Assembly (NCBI GenBank): GCA_963826535.1
Contig: CAWGXL010000010.1
Coordinates: forward strand, 106,814 to 170,813
Direction: 5' to 3'
Length of the DNA: 64,000 bases
Source of the DNA: an uncultured bacterium
GTDB taxonomy: Bacteria > Patescibacteriota > Microgenomatia > Levybacterales > UBA12049
Positions within the stretch are counted from its first letter, which is position 1. Every line of letters starts with the position of its first letter. The notes below the pieces were generated by a model. That model worked only from the letters and a program-made list of their open reading frames with translations. It ran no database searches and was not told the origin of the DNA. The translations under genes and the position numbers were made by a program. Positions 1 through 8,355 of the stretch are shown piece by piece.

Positions 1-392
1 CCCAATCCTGCCGGTGTGAGAAATGTTAGAAACCCGATGAGGAAACTTAATGTAAAAAATCCGATTAATTGCGGCAGTAACTGTGGATGTAAAAATATGA
101 CTGAAGATATAGTGAAATAATAACCAAGCCCATAAAATATTAAAGAAATTGTACTTATAAATATAAGAAAGGCAATGCTGGCTGGAGGATGTTTGGGCAA
201 TACAAAGTTTACGATTTTCAGAGCTTTATGTGGAAGTTTTTTTGTTATTCGTTGATTAAAAATATAAATAAGTCCTGCACCAAATATTAACGCGACAATA
301 ACAATTATTAATAATTGCGCAAATGCAAACCCCGGTAAAAAATATTTAAGTAAAAACGGAAGTGACAAAAGAGAGACAAATAAAGCACCCAT
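1..392 (-). CDS. Polytopic membrane protein, C-terminal part of a flippase-like (UPF0104/LPG-synthase-TM-like) protein; runs off window
   Basis: Minus-strand frame opens with ATG at ~390-392 and stays open to position 1. Hydrophobic TM segments throughout; ends in P-A-G-L-G, like the PxGxG motif of flippase-like domains. Not in the ORF track because it runs off the edge. Confidence 0.3.
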   Translation of the reverse strand, partial: MGALFVSLLSLPFLLKYFLPGFAFAQLLIIVIVALIFGAGLIYIFNQRITKKLPHKALKIVNFVLPKHPPASIAFLIFISTISLIFYGLGYYFTISSVIFLHPQLLPQLIGFFTLSFLIGFLTFLTPAGL

Positions 393-415
393 AACAAAAA
401 TTTCAAGCTCTATGA

Positions 416-786
416 TCAGTAAAGTTCCTGTATCTCTTTTGCTAACTCCCTTATCCGAAAAAGCCACAGCCCGTCCGATAATGAACCAAAATTTACCGGG
501 AATATATCTTTTTAATTCTGAAATTGCCCAGAGAAAAGTAGCCTGTTTAAATGGAATTTGGTACGACAGTTCCCGCAGCAGCTTAAACCAAATAAAGCTT
601 CGTAAAAAATAAAATATAATAAAACTTACAGTTCCGGCTGTAAGTAAAGATAAATTTACAGATCTTAAATTATTTATTAAATTTCCTGCTTGAGGCTGAA
701 TCAAAATCCAAACGAAATACAATGCTACTAGCGACAAAGGCCAACCGATCAAAAATTTCGCAACATTATACAGACTAGTCTTCACT
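416..786 (-). CDS. Membrane protein fragment (GTG start) directly upstream of the previous ORF; possibly the N-terminal part of the same gene separated by a TGA and a frame change
   Basis: Own translation of the minus strand: GTG at ~784-786, TGA at ~416-418, hydrophobic throughout. The two ORFs together resemble one UPF0104-type protein. Confidence 0.25.
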
Positions 787-844
787 GCTTGATTTTAACA
801 TATTTGAATTGGACTTATTGGTTTGTTAGAATGAGCATATGCTT

Positions 845-917
845 GCGCTCGTAGCTCAACGGATAGAGCACTTCGCTTCGGACGAAGGGGTTGGGGGTTC
901 GATTCCCTCCGAGCGCA
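845..917 (+). tRNA. tRNA-Arg (anticodon TCG)
   Basis: Cloverleaf read by hand. Acceptor GCGCTCG/CGAGCGC, D-arm TAGCTCAACGGATAGAGC, anticodon stem CTTCG/CGAAG with loop CTTCGGA (anticodon TCG), T-arm GGGGGTTCGATTCCCTC, discriminator A. No encoded CCA. Confidence 0.85.
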
Positions 918-1043
918 CTCATAGTGGTTGGGGAAAGAAAATTTTGCTTTGGTCGTTCTGTTCTTTCATAATAGGTGGGGGCTTGTGCCAATGTCCCGCT
1001 CGAGCGCGGCAAAATTCCTCCCCCCACAATCTATTTACTCCTT

Positions 1044-2057
1044 ATGAATAAAAAATTACTAAACAGGAACGAAGTAATACAAGGACCATCACCGAAAGTT
1101 TTGGAAACTTTAAAAAATTTTCCGTCAGAAAATGCCGCTTTGTATTTTGATGGTTATTTCGGATCGGCTTTGATTCCAAGATTGTCTAAAATATTCCAAC
1201 TTTCAGAAGAGCAAATTATTATTGGCTACGGACTGGAGGATATTTTTAGAACTATTTTTGATAGTTTAAGGCCGGAAAATGATGTCGTTCTTACTCACGA
1301 ATTTCATTACACCTACTACGACAAATATCTCAATTTTAAGAATATAAGATTGGAAAATTTTAGACTTATCGAAAATAAAAACGAGTTCATTTTTGATATT
1401 GACGACTGTATCTCAAAAATTGAAGAATCAAAGCCGAAAGTGATTTTAGTTACTTCACCAAATAATCCAACTGGAAATTCAATAAATCCTGCTAATTTTG
1501 AAAAAATTTTGAACAAAGCTAATAAAGCATCTCCAGTTATTTTAGATGAGGCTTATTTTGGATTTGATGATAACTATAACCTGCAAGACATTACTGCTTT
1601 ATTAGAAAAATACGATAATTTAATGATTTTGAGAAGTTTTTCCAAACTTTACGCACTTGCTGGCTTGCGTATTGGTTTTGCGTTGTGCGGGAAAAAAGTA
1701 AAAGACATTTTGCGTTATCAAAATTTTTATTTGGGCGGGAGTAGGCTTTTAGAGGAAATTGCAATCGCCGCACTTGAGTCAGGAAGTTATTACAAGGGTC
1801 TCTCTTCGGAAATTATTGCTGACAGACAAAAATTTATTACTGCAGTCGGAAAACTTAAAAATTTTAAGGTTTTCAATTCCAAGGCAAATTTTGTTTTAGT
1901 GAAATTAGAGAAAGGTGTAAAAAATACCCTGGAACAAGAGCTAGATAAAATGGACTTTTTAATTTCAAAATTTGTTTCCGATGATTTTATGCGAGTATCA
2001 ATTGGTTCAAAAGAGCATACAGAAAAATTTTTCGAAGTTTTAACTAAAATTGGCTAG
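1044..2057 (+). CDS. Class I/II PLP-dependent aminotransferase (histidinol-phosphate aminotransferase-like)
   Basis: Translation MNKKLLNRNEVIQGPSP...; motifs TSPNNPTGN, ILDEAYFGF and RSFSKLYALAGLRIGF (PLP-lysine in SFSK). Start moved to ATG ~1044 because the track ORF start at 975 overlaps the tRNA region. Confidence 0.75.
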   Translation: MNKKLLNRNEVIQGPSPKVLETLKNFPSENAALYFDGYFGSALIPRLSKIFQLSEEQIIIGYGLEDIFRTIFDSLRPENDVVLTHEFHYTYYDKYLNFKNIRLENFRLIENKNEFIFDIDDCISKIEESKPKVILVTSPNNPTGNSINPANFEKILNKANKASPVILDEAYFGFDDNYNLQDITALLEKYDNLMILRSFSKLYALAGLRIGFALCGKKVKDILRYQNFYLGGSRLLEEIAIAALESGSYYKGLSSEIIADRQKFITAVGKLKNFKVFNSKANFVLVKLEKGVKNTLEQELDKMDFLISKFVSDDFMRVSIGSKEHTEKFFEVLTKIG

Positions 2058-2189
2058 AAATTATTATTCCAGTTTTCTTTAAGTGAGCTAATACCTAAGA
2101 AAATCATAAGAATTTGCCGCCAAAAAGCTTAAAATTATGCAAAAACAATTCCCATATTAATTTTCGAAATTCGTGGTATAATTATATCA

Positions 2190-2414
2190 ATGACTGATAC
2201 AAAAAAAGCACAAAAGATTCTATTAATAGAAAAACTCCGCCTCGTAGAAAGCGAATTATTTCGTCTTGCCTCAAAATATGGAATAAAAACCATTGACGAG
2301 TTAGATAAACATATAGCCGAAGGAAAGTTGTCTGAAAAAGCTATCGGAGATGATTTGTTTATTTTTGATTCTCTCCTTTGCGAAAAAAGAGAAAATAGAA
2401 AAAGAGCTTTCTAA
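2190..2414 (+). CDS. Small hypothetical protein (74 aa), first gene of a two-gene small-protein module
   Basis: ORF track. A TATAAT-like -10 (ggtataatta) sits ~6 nt upstream of the ATG, so the transcript may be leaderless. Confidence 0.4.
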   Translation: MTDTKKAQKILLIEKLRLVESELFRLASKYGIKTIDELDKHIAEGKLSEKAIGDDLFIFDSLLCEKRENRKRAF

Positions 2415-2438
2415 ACATAATATAAAAAAGGCCGATGT

Positions 2439-2807
2439 ATGGAAAAATTTGCAGCATTTGCTCGGATTGCCGAAATTGAGTTCTCGGATATAGTTCTTTC
2501 AACCCAAGATTTGGGTCATAAATTACGCCTTTACCTCAAAGATAAGACATTTGTTGATTTCTTTCACACCTCTAAACTTGAAAAACGTAGATTTTCTATC
2601 CACTGGGAAAGAACACATGTTGACGGGTCTATCTATAGAATTGATAACACACCTGATAAAAAATGGACTAAAGTTAATACTTTTCCTGTTCATTTTCATA
2701 ACAAAATCTACGACAAAGTAGAAACTGCGCCATTCCATTTAAGCGAAAAGGCTTCATTGAAGACTGTTTTCAGAAAGTTTTTGATTTTCGTTAAAAGTAA
2801 AATATAA
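2439..2807 (+). CDS. Small hypothetical protein (122 aa); resembles small toxin-like proteins of two-gene modules but unverified
   Basis: ORF track; 25 nt downstream of the 74-aa gene, same strand. Confidence 0.4.
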   Translation: MEKFAAFARIAEIEFSDIVLSTQDLGHKLRLYLKDKTFVDFFHTSKLEKRRFSIHWERTHVDGSIYRIDNTPDKKWTKVNTFPVHFHNKIYDKVETAPFHLSEKASLKTVFRKFLIFVKSKI

Positions 2808-2808
2808 T

Positions 2809-3663
2809 ATGGAATTATCCTGGTTTGCATTCTCTGTTTTTGCCACACTGCTTTTTGGCGTATCAACAGCTTTTTATAAGCTACCATCAGCAAAGAATCA
2901 TAATCGGTTTGTTGCCACCTTTTGGGCGCTTATAATTTCGTTGGTTTTATCTATAGCATTTTTTCATTCTTATATTACCCTAAGTACACCGGAGATGATT
3001 TGGACTGCGTTACTTTGGGGAATTGCCTTCCCCTGCTTAATGCTTCTCCAAATGTACGCATTAAAACATGTTGATACCAACGTTTTATTTCCTATCACAA
3101 CGACAGCAAGTCTCATTATCACCGTACTCATAGGTATATTTTTCTTCAATGAACATATAACCCTCATTCAAACACTCGGCGTCATTCTTGCCATTTTAAC
3201 TTTATTTTTGTTCAGCTACAAAAGTGGGAAATTAAACTTTTCGAGTTTCTTGATTGGTGTTGGTTCTGGAATTATTTTCATTTCAGCTTTTAATAAAGTT
3301 TTGCAAAAAATTGTTGCGGATAAAATGGATATTCATGCTTTTCAAATTTATCAGTACCTATTTGCAACCATAATTGCGTTGTTGATTTTTCTAGTTCTTC
3401 ATCGTCGTGATTGGAAAACTCATATTTTATCCGGCGGATTAGGCATAGGGAGTTTGATAGGTATTTTTGGTTTCTTCGGTGCTTATTCGCTTTTTGTCGC
3501 TCTAACCAAAGGACCGTTTCCCTTGATTACCTCCATTCACTCGCTGTATATTTTAATAACAGCCCTTACCGCATTCTTTCTGTTCAAAGAGAAACTTACA
3601 ACAAAAAAGATTTTGCTACTACTTCTTGCCATCGTTGCAGTTATCCTTATCCGTATCGGGTAA
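2809..3663 (+). CDS. DMT superfamily (EamA-like) permease, ~10 TM
   Basis: 284 aa, two repeated 5-TM halves, typical EamA hydrophobicity pattern. Confidence 0.7.
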   Translation: MELSWFAFSVFATLLFGVSTAFYKLPSAKNHNRFVATFWALIISLVLSIAFFHSYITLSTPEMIWTALLWGIAFPCLMLLQMYALKHVDTNVLFPITTTASLIITVLIGIFFFNEHITLIQTLGVILAILTLFLFSYKSGKLNFSSFLIGVGSGIIFISAFNKVLQKIVADKMDIHAFQIYQYLFATIIALLIFLVLHRRDWKTHILSGGLGIGSLIGIFGFFGAYSLFVALTKGPFPLITSIHSLYILITALTAFFLFKEKLTTKKILLLLLAIVAVILIRIG

Positions 3664-3705
3664 AGACTATAAAAGAAAAAAATTTATTATGTAAGCTATA
3701 TATTT

Positions 3706-4635
3706 ATGTCTGAAATAATTCATCATCTTAAAAAAGATGTTAAACAAATTGAAATAGAAGGTGCTTATCTGGACGAACCCCTAGATGGTAATTTTATAGG
3801 CAAAATAAATGCCCCTTTTTTCAAAGGGGAGTTTCACTTTCTTGTTCGGACAAAAAAAAATAAAAAACTTTTTATTGAAAAATATCCTCGATTAACTCTA
3901 GATGGTGAAAATACATCTATAGACGATTCTCCTGAATTTATGAATGAGTACTTTGAAAGTAATCTGTTGAAAGTAATGATTGCAAGTGGAATTTTAAAAA
4001 AGGAAAAATTCTTGGCTCCCTCTATTAAATTATCTAACAATAAAGATATAGCTTATTATTCGGAATTTATTCCAAATACTATAAGTAGTTTGAATGTAGA
4101 ATTGGAAAAGTTTGAAAGGATAGCAGCGGCAAATAATATTTCCATAGAGGAAGCCAAATCGAAACTTAACTCCGATGAATTTGGATTGATGAATGGTAAG
4201 GCTGAAAAGATGACTTATAGTTTTCGGGAGGAATTAACGACGAAAGAAAACGCAGCGCCTTTGGCATTGCTGCAACTGATATCAGGAGCCGGAATCAGGA
4301 ATATGAGTAATTATAGATTCCAAATAGATAAAACACAAATAGAAGAACCCAAATTTAAAATCGTAATTATGGACCTGGCCGGAGGATTGGGAAATAGGCG
4401 TGATGAGCCTGGAATCATAGATGAGAATCTTTTGTCGAATTTAACCAGGGAAGATGTAATGGCATATTGGCCCAAAATAAAAACCTTTATTGAAGAAAAC
4501 GATTTAGTAAATAAAATTATTGATAAATTACCGGTGCCCCAAGAACTTAAGGACATTAAAAGAAATGAAGTTCTTAGTAATATTAACAATTTAGAAAATT
4601 TATTAGCTGCCGAATTCGCTGACAGAACAAAGTAA
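3706..4635 (+). CDS. Hypothetical protein (309 aa)
   Basis: Long ORF with coding-like composition; no motif recognised. Confidence 0.5.
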   Translation: MSEIIHHLKKDVKQIEIEGAYLDEPLDGNFIGKINAPFFKGEFHFLVRTKKNKKLFIEKYPRLTLDGENTSIDDSPEFMNEYFESNLLKVMIASGILKKEKFLAPSIKLSNNKDIAYYSEFIPNTISSLNVELEKFERIAAANNISIEEAKSKLNSDEFGLMNGKAEKMTYSFREELTTKENAAPLALLQLISGAGIRNMSNYRFQIDKTQIEEPKFKIVIMDLAGGLGNRRDEPGIIDENLLSNLTREDVMAYWPKIKTFIEENDLVNKIIDKLPVPQELKDIKRNEVLSNINNLENLLAAEFADRTK

Positions 4636-4732
4636 ACATAAAGCAAGCGTATTTTGCGCCTTTTACATTTACATTATTCTAGTTCTCTGATACAATAATT
4701 TTACACTTCATTTTTGTATTAATTACTATAAT

Positions 4733-6400
4733 ATGCTGCCATTACATAAAGCAATTACTAGAATAAAAATTGCATGGATTAAATTCCTTGTTTGCTTAAT
4801 ATTTTTTGGCTTTCTTCTTGTCATCCCGGAATATACATACGCCGCAGCTAATACCGAGATTTTAACGCAACCCTGGCTTCTTACTGCACCGCGTAATGCA
4901 ACCGAACGGTACCAATTGGTAGATCAAAATATTCTTAAAGGAACAACACTACTCAGGTTGACATACGACTTAAAAGGCACATGTCTTTTGGACGGAGACG
5001 CTTCAGCAATTATCTTCGATCAACCAATTAATAGATCGTGGAGATTTATATCACTTTCAAAGTACGGGAAAAATTGTCTAAACGGCGAGCAGACTGTATT
5101 TATTCCGCTCACACATTTTAAACAATTAGACATCTCAAAACCAGTCGGAACATTTCATATTCGAATTTGGCATAATCGCCCATACAATATAATCATAAAA
5201 AGGGCGATACTCTATGACTCATCTTTTTACCTATCACCATCTAATAATCTTACATTTAATACTCCAACCTTCATTCCAACCCCGACAAAAAATCTTGTCA
5301 CCGTTCTGTTCGCAACAACTCTTCCGACCTTTCCCCCTCCTATATTTACACCCATCCCAACACCAACAGTTATCCCAACACCAACAGATATACCTACGCC
5401 AACGCTCTTCTTGCCAACCCCGATTATATCGTCGCCAACTACCCCTCCAACACCCACAATTCCTCCTAACTTATTCTCTTCATCCCGTCCTTCATGGAGT
5501 ATTCAAAGCGTTTCATCGATGAAAGAGACCAAAGACAGAATCTGCCATCCAAGGCCGCAGGAATTTATTCAAAAGTGGGTTGAAAAAGCAGTTGATCTAG
5601 GAGTGAACTATATTTCCATTGAAACCCCCTATGAAAACCCGGCCTGCGGGGACGCCAATGCGTATACTAAAGCATGGATTGATGTTGCGCGAGCTAAAGG
5701 GGTAAAAATTTGGCACAGGCATATGCCGCTGGCGTTTGAAGGAATTTATAACACCCCAAAAAATGCAACTTTTAATTACTTACAAGTGATATCAGATTAT
5801 ATTAGAGCAAACCCAAGCTTTTTTGCTGAAGGGGATATTTTTACACCTATTCCCGAACCTCAAAATGGGGGAATTTATGGGGTAACATATTGTCCTCATT
5901 CTATTTGTATTTTCAAAAATGCAGCTGATTTCAATCTTTGGCTGAGAAATGCCATGGATTCATCAGAAACCGCTTTTACGTCCATTGGACTTGGAGGAAA
6001 AATGAAAATAGGATATTATGGTTTTGACGGATTTGTAGCATGGGGCGATAATAACCCGGATTGGGATGGAATTTTGGAAGATCAAACAGTCATTAAAATG
6101 GGTAATATAACTATCGATCATTATCCGGAGATTGTTGGTGATACGATGAGCAACGATTTAAGCGAACTTGAAGCCCGGTATCCGAACATCCCTATCATTA
6201 TTGGCGAGTGGGGTACAATCACAGGATCCAACCCCGAACTCCAGGCAAAGATCTCTATGCAAGCCGCGCGCAGGCCAAGTGTAGTTGGTTTCAATTACTG
6301 GCACATGGGAGTAGGGGGGCATGAGGAATTATTGCGCGAAGATTTTACGCTTAAAACTCAGTATGATGAAGTACAGAGTTTTTATAAAGGAACGTACTAG
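4733..6400 (+). CDS. Secreted protein: N-terminal signal/TM, a ~120-aa conserved N-domain, a Pro/Thr-rich linker, and a C-terminal TIM-barrel-like putative glycoside-hydrolase domain
   Basis: N-terminal hydrophobic segment. Linker PTPTVIPTPTDIPTPT...TPPTPTIPP. C-terminal IIIGEWG motif, similar to the clan GH-A nucleophile motif. The N-domain is paralogous to the next gene. Confidence 0.55.
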   Translation: MLPLHKAITRIKIAWIKFLVCLIFFGFLLVIPEYTYAAANTEILTQPWLLTAPRNATERYQLVDQNILKGTTLLRLTYDLKGTCLLDGDASAIIFDQPINRSWRFISLSKYGKNCLNGEQTVFIPLTHFKQLDISKPVGTFHIRIWHNRPYNIIIKRAILYDSSFYLSPSNNLTFNTPTFIPTPTKNLVTVLFATTLPTFPPPIFTPIPTPTVIPTPTDIPTPTLFLPTPIISSPTTPPTPTIPPNLFSSSRPSWSIQSVSSMKETKDRICHPRPQEFIQKWVEKAVDLGVNYISIETPYENPACGDANAYTKAWIDVARAKGVKIWHRHMPLAFEGIYNTPKNATFNYLQVISDYIRANPSFFAEGDIFTPIPEPQNGGIYGVTYCPHSICIFKNAADFNLWLRNAMDSSETAFTSIGLGGKMKIGYYGFDGFVAWGDNNPDWDGILEDQTVIKMGNITIDHYPEIVGDTMSNDLSELEARYPNIPIIIGEWGTITGSNPELQAKISMQAARRPSVVGFNYWHMGVGGHEELLREDFTLKTQYDEVQSFYKGTY

Positions 6401-6404
6401 AAGT

Positions 6405-6959
6405 ATGAAAACTATTGCAATATTAAGTTTAATTCTGATTTTAGCTGTTAGTTTTCTTTTCGTACTGCTTAAGAATAATACTGAACCGGACTCGGTTAAT
6501 TTAATAACAAATTGGCATTTAACAGGTAATAAATCGCAGGCTTTAAAGTCAAATATAAATTTGTCATCCCTAAAAGGAAAAAATACACTTCAAGTCTCGT
6601 ACAACCTCCATGGCCTCTGTTTACTTGGAGGCAGTGCTTCAGCAATAATACTTGAACAGGACAACATTCCATATTCTGTATCCCTTTCACAATATGGAAA
6701 AAATTGTTTTGATGGCGAGCAAACCACCTCTATTCCTCTCGAACATTTCAATGGACTTGATATCAACCGGAAACTTGAAAAAATTACTGCCAAATTTTGG
6801 TATCCGACATACTATTCCATCGACATAAAAAACGCCGCGGCCTTACGTGCAGTAGATAATGTCTTGGGCGAGTCAGTAAAACCCGATTACACGAAACACC
6901 GTAAAACCTTCCCCAACATCACCCCTATTAGAGAATTTCCTTATGCACCTCAAGAGTAA
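6405..6959 (+). CDS. Secreted protein carrying a paralog of the N-terminal domain of the upstream gene
   Basis: Start taken at MKTIAILSLILILAV (signal peptide), 5 nt after the upstream stop. Shared block LxVSYNLHGLCLLGGSASAIILEQ...SLSQYGKNCFDGEQTTSIPLEHFNGLDI against LRLTYDLKGTCLLDGDASAIIFDQ...SLSKYGKNCLNGEQTVFIPLTHFKQLDI. Confidence 0.55.
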   Translation: MKTIAILSLILILAVSFLFVLLKNNTEPDSVNLITNWHLTGNKSQALKSNINLSSLKGKNTLQVSYNLHGLCLLGGSASAIILEQDNIPYSVSLSQYGKNCFDGEQTTSIPLEHFNGLDINRKLEKITAKFWYPTYYSIDIKNAAALRAVDNVLGESVKPDYTKHRKTFPNITPIREFPYAPQE

Positions 6960-6986
6960 TAAATTATTTTGTATAATAATATCTTA

Positions 6987-7286
6987 ATGAATCAGTTGCT
7001 TTTTGTTTATGGATCATTAAGAGATCCACAAGTACAAACAGAAAATATTGGAAGAATAGTTGAAGGTACACCCGATGTACTCCTCGGTTACGGAAAGTTT
7101 GCTGTGAAAGTTGACGATATTGTCTACCCTATTTTAGTGCCTGTTTCAGAGAGTATTGTAGAAGGTGAAATTTTGAAATTAACTAAAGAAGAACTGAATA
7201 AAATAGATGTCTATGAAATTGATGCCTATAGAAGAATAAAGGTAAAGCTTAAGAGTGGAATTAATGCATGGGTATATGTAAAATAA
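6987..7286 (+). CDS. Gamma-glutamyl cyclotransferase-like (AIG2/GGCT fold) protein
   Basis: LFVYGSLRDP motif (YGSL) at the N-terminus, ~100 aa. Start set at MNQLLFVYGSL. Confidence 0.55.
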   Translation: MNQLLFVYGSLRDPQVQTENIGRIVEGTPDVLLGYGKFAVKVDDIVYPILVPVSESIVEGEILKLTKEELNKIDVYEIDAYRRIKVKLKSGINAWVYVK

Positions 7287-7295
7287 TTTTTTGAC

Positions 7296-8282
7296 TTATC
7301 CCTGCTTGGGGGCGTAGAGGGCTCCACGGGTCGTTCCGAGTTTTATAATAAATCGCGTCTTCAAAAGCATTTTTAGATCATAATGCAACGAACTAACTGG
7401 AACCTTTTGAAATCTTCTTTTGATAAAATCAAAAGAAACAAGTTTATGCTCTCTTATGATCGCAAGTATCTCTTGTCTTCGCGGAAGAAGAGTATCTTCA
7501 GGTCTTTCTTCCTTCCGGTTTTGCAATAATTTAATCACTTTCTCAGCGGAGGTAGCGACTGCATTTGTAAAAAATTCTACGAACTCTGTTATATCTTTTT
7601 TTGAAATACCAAGAGTTGAATAATATTCTTCCTGATGCTCATTCAAATATTCTTCAAGTATCGCAAGACCGCGAAATCCGAAACCAGAATTTTTTAACAA
7701 AAAAGCGCTCAAAAGTCTGCCGACCCTTCCGTTGCCATCAATAAAAGGATGTATCTTTTCGAACGCGAAATGTACTTGAGCCGCATTAATTACAGCATGC
7801 TCTTTGCTGGCTTTTGAAATCTTTATTAGTTTAGTCAACAGGTTTTTTAATTCATGAGGAGGAGGCGTAATATAAACAGCCACCCCTGCCTGGTTGAAAA
7901 TTGCCGAATGTTCAGTACGAAGTTGACCCACTTCAGCAGAAATTGCCTGCATAACCATTTTGTGAAGTTTAAGAATCAAAGGAATTGTTATATGTATTGC
8001 AGTTTTTGAGTGAATCCATTTTAGTGCACTTAAAATATTTAATATTTCTTTTTTTTCTATATTTCCACTGCTTCTTTTTATATTTTCAATTTCTTCAAAA
8101 CGCAATCTATTACCTTCGATACGTGCGGAAAATAGAGAGCTTTTTAGTAATGATTTGTGTCGAAGCGATTCTTCAATATGCGGTAATTGTGGAAGGAATT
8201 CAAATACTTTCTTTGCCGTTTCAATCCGAATGAGATTTTTTTGTATGATTCGATTGTTACGAAAAATATACTCTATGTTCAT
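7296..8282 (-). CDS. Fic family protein (AMPylase-type, class II with intramolecular inhibitory motif, C-terminal wHTH)
   Basis: Fic motif HPFIDGNGRVGR; inhibitory (S/T)xxxE(G/N) motif in SARIEGN; C-terminal winged-helix-like tail. Confidence 0.85.
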   Translation of the reverse strand: MNIEYIFRNNRIIQKNLIRIETAKKVFEFLPQLPHIEESLRHKSLLKSSLFSARIEGNRLRFEEIENIKRSSGNIEKKEILNILSALKWIHSKTAIHITIPLILKLHKMVMQAISAEVGQLRTEHSAIFNQAGVAVYITPPPHELKNLLTKLIKISKASKEHAVINAAQVHFAFEKIHPFIDGNGRVGRLLSAFLLKNSGFGFRGLAILEEYLNEHQEEYYSTLGISKKDITEFVEFFTNAVATSAEKVIKLLQNRKEERPEDTLLPRRQEILAIIREHKLVSFDFIKRRFQKVPVSSLHYDLKMLLKTRFIIKLGTTRGALYAPKQG

Positions 8283-8296
8283 ATTATTTTTTTAGC

Positions 8297-8336
8297 AGAT
8301 ATTGGAAGATATTACAAGATATTAGAAGATTTTAGA
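8297..8336. repeat. Four tandem 10-bp repeats (AGATATTgga/aca/aga, AGATTTTaga) in the lon-fic intergenic region
   Basis: Read directly. One-helical-turn periodicity, directly upstream of the minus-strand fic start. Confidence 0.6.
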
Positions 8337-8355
8337 ATAATTAAACTTTGGTAAA

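Noticed and set aside
416-418. In-frame TGA as a possible sign of alternative genetic code (code 25, TGA=Gly)
   Set aside because: Numerous well-conserved genes in the window (e.g. the GIY-YIG tail, MDR C-terminus) end at TGA with full-length products, and the two membrane ORFs are also in different frames.
815-1051. ORFs 815..1027(-) and 839..1051(+), plus the N-terminal extension of ORF 975..2057
   Set aside because: They overlap the tRNA-Arg gene (845-917) and the GC-rich tRNA flanks. The amino-acid composition is non-protein-like. The aminotransferase more plausibly starts at ATG ~1044.
5214-5522. ORFs 5214..5522(+) and 5227..5457(-) inside gene 4733..6400
   Set aside because: These are alternative-frame and antisense readings of the Pro/Thr-linker repeat DNA (GVG/PTP low complexity). 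The main frame is supported by flanking domain continuity.
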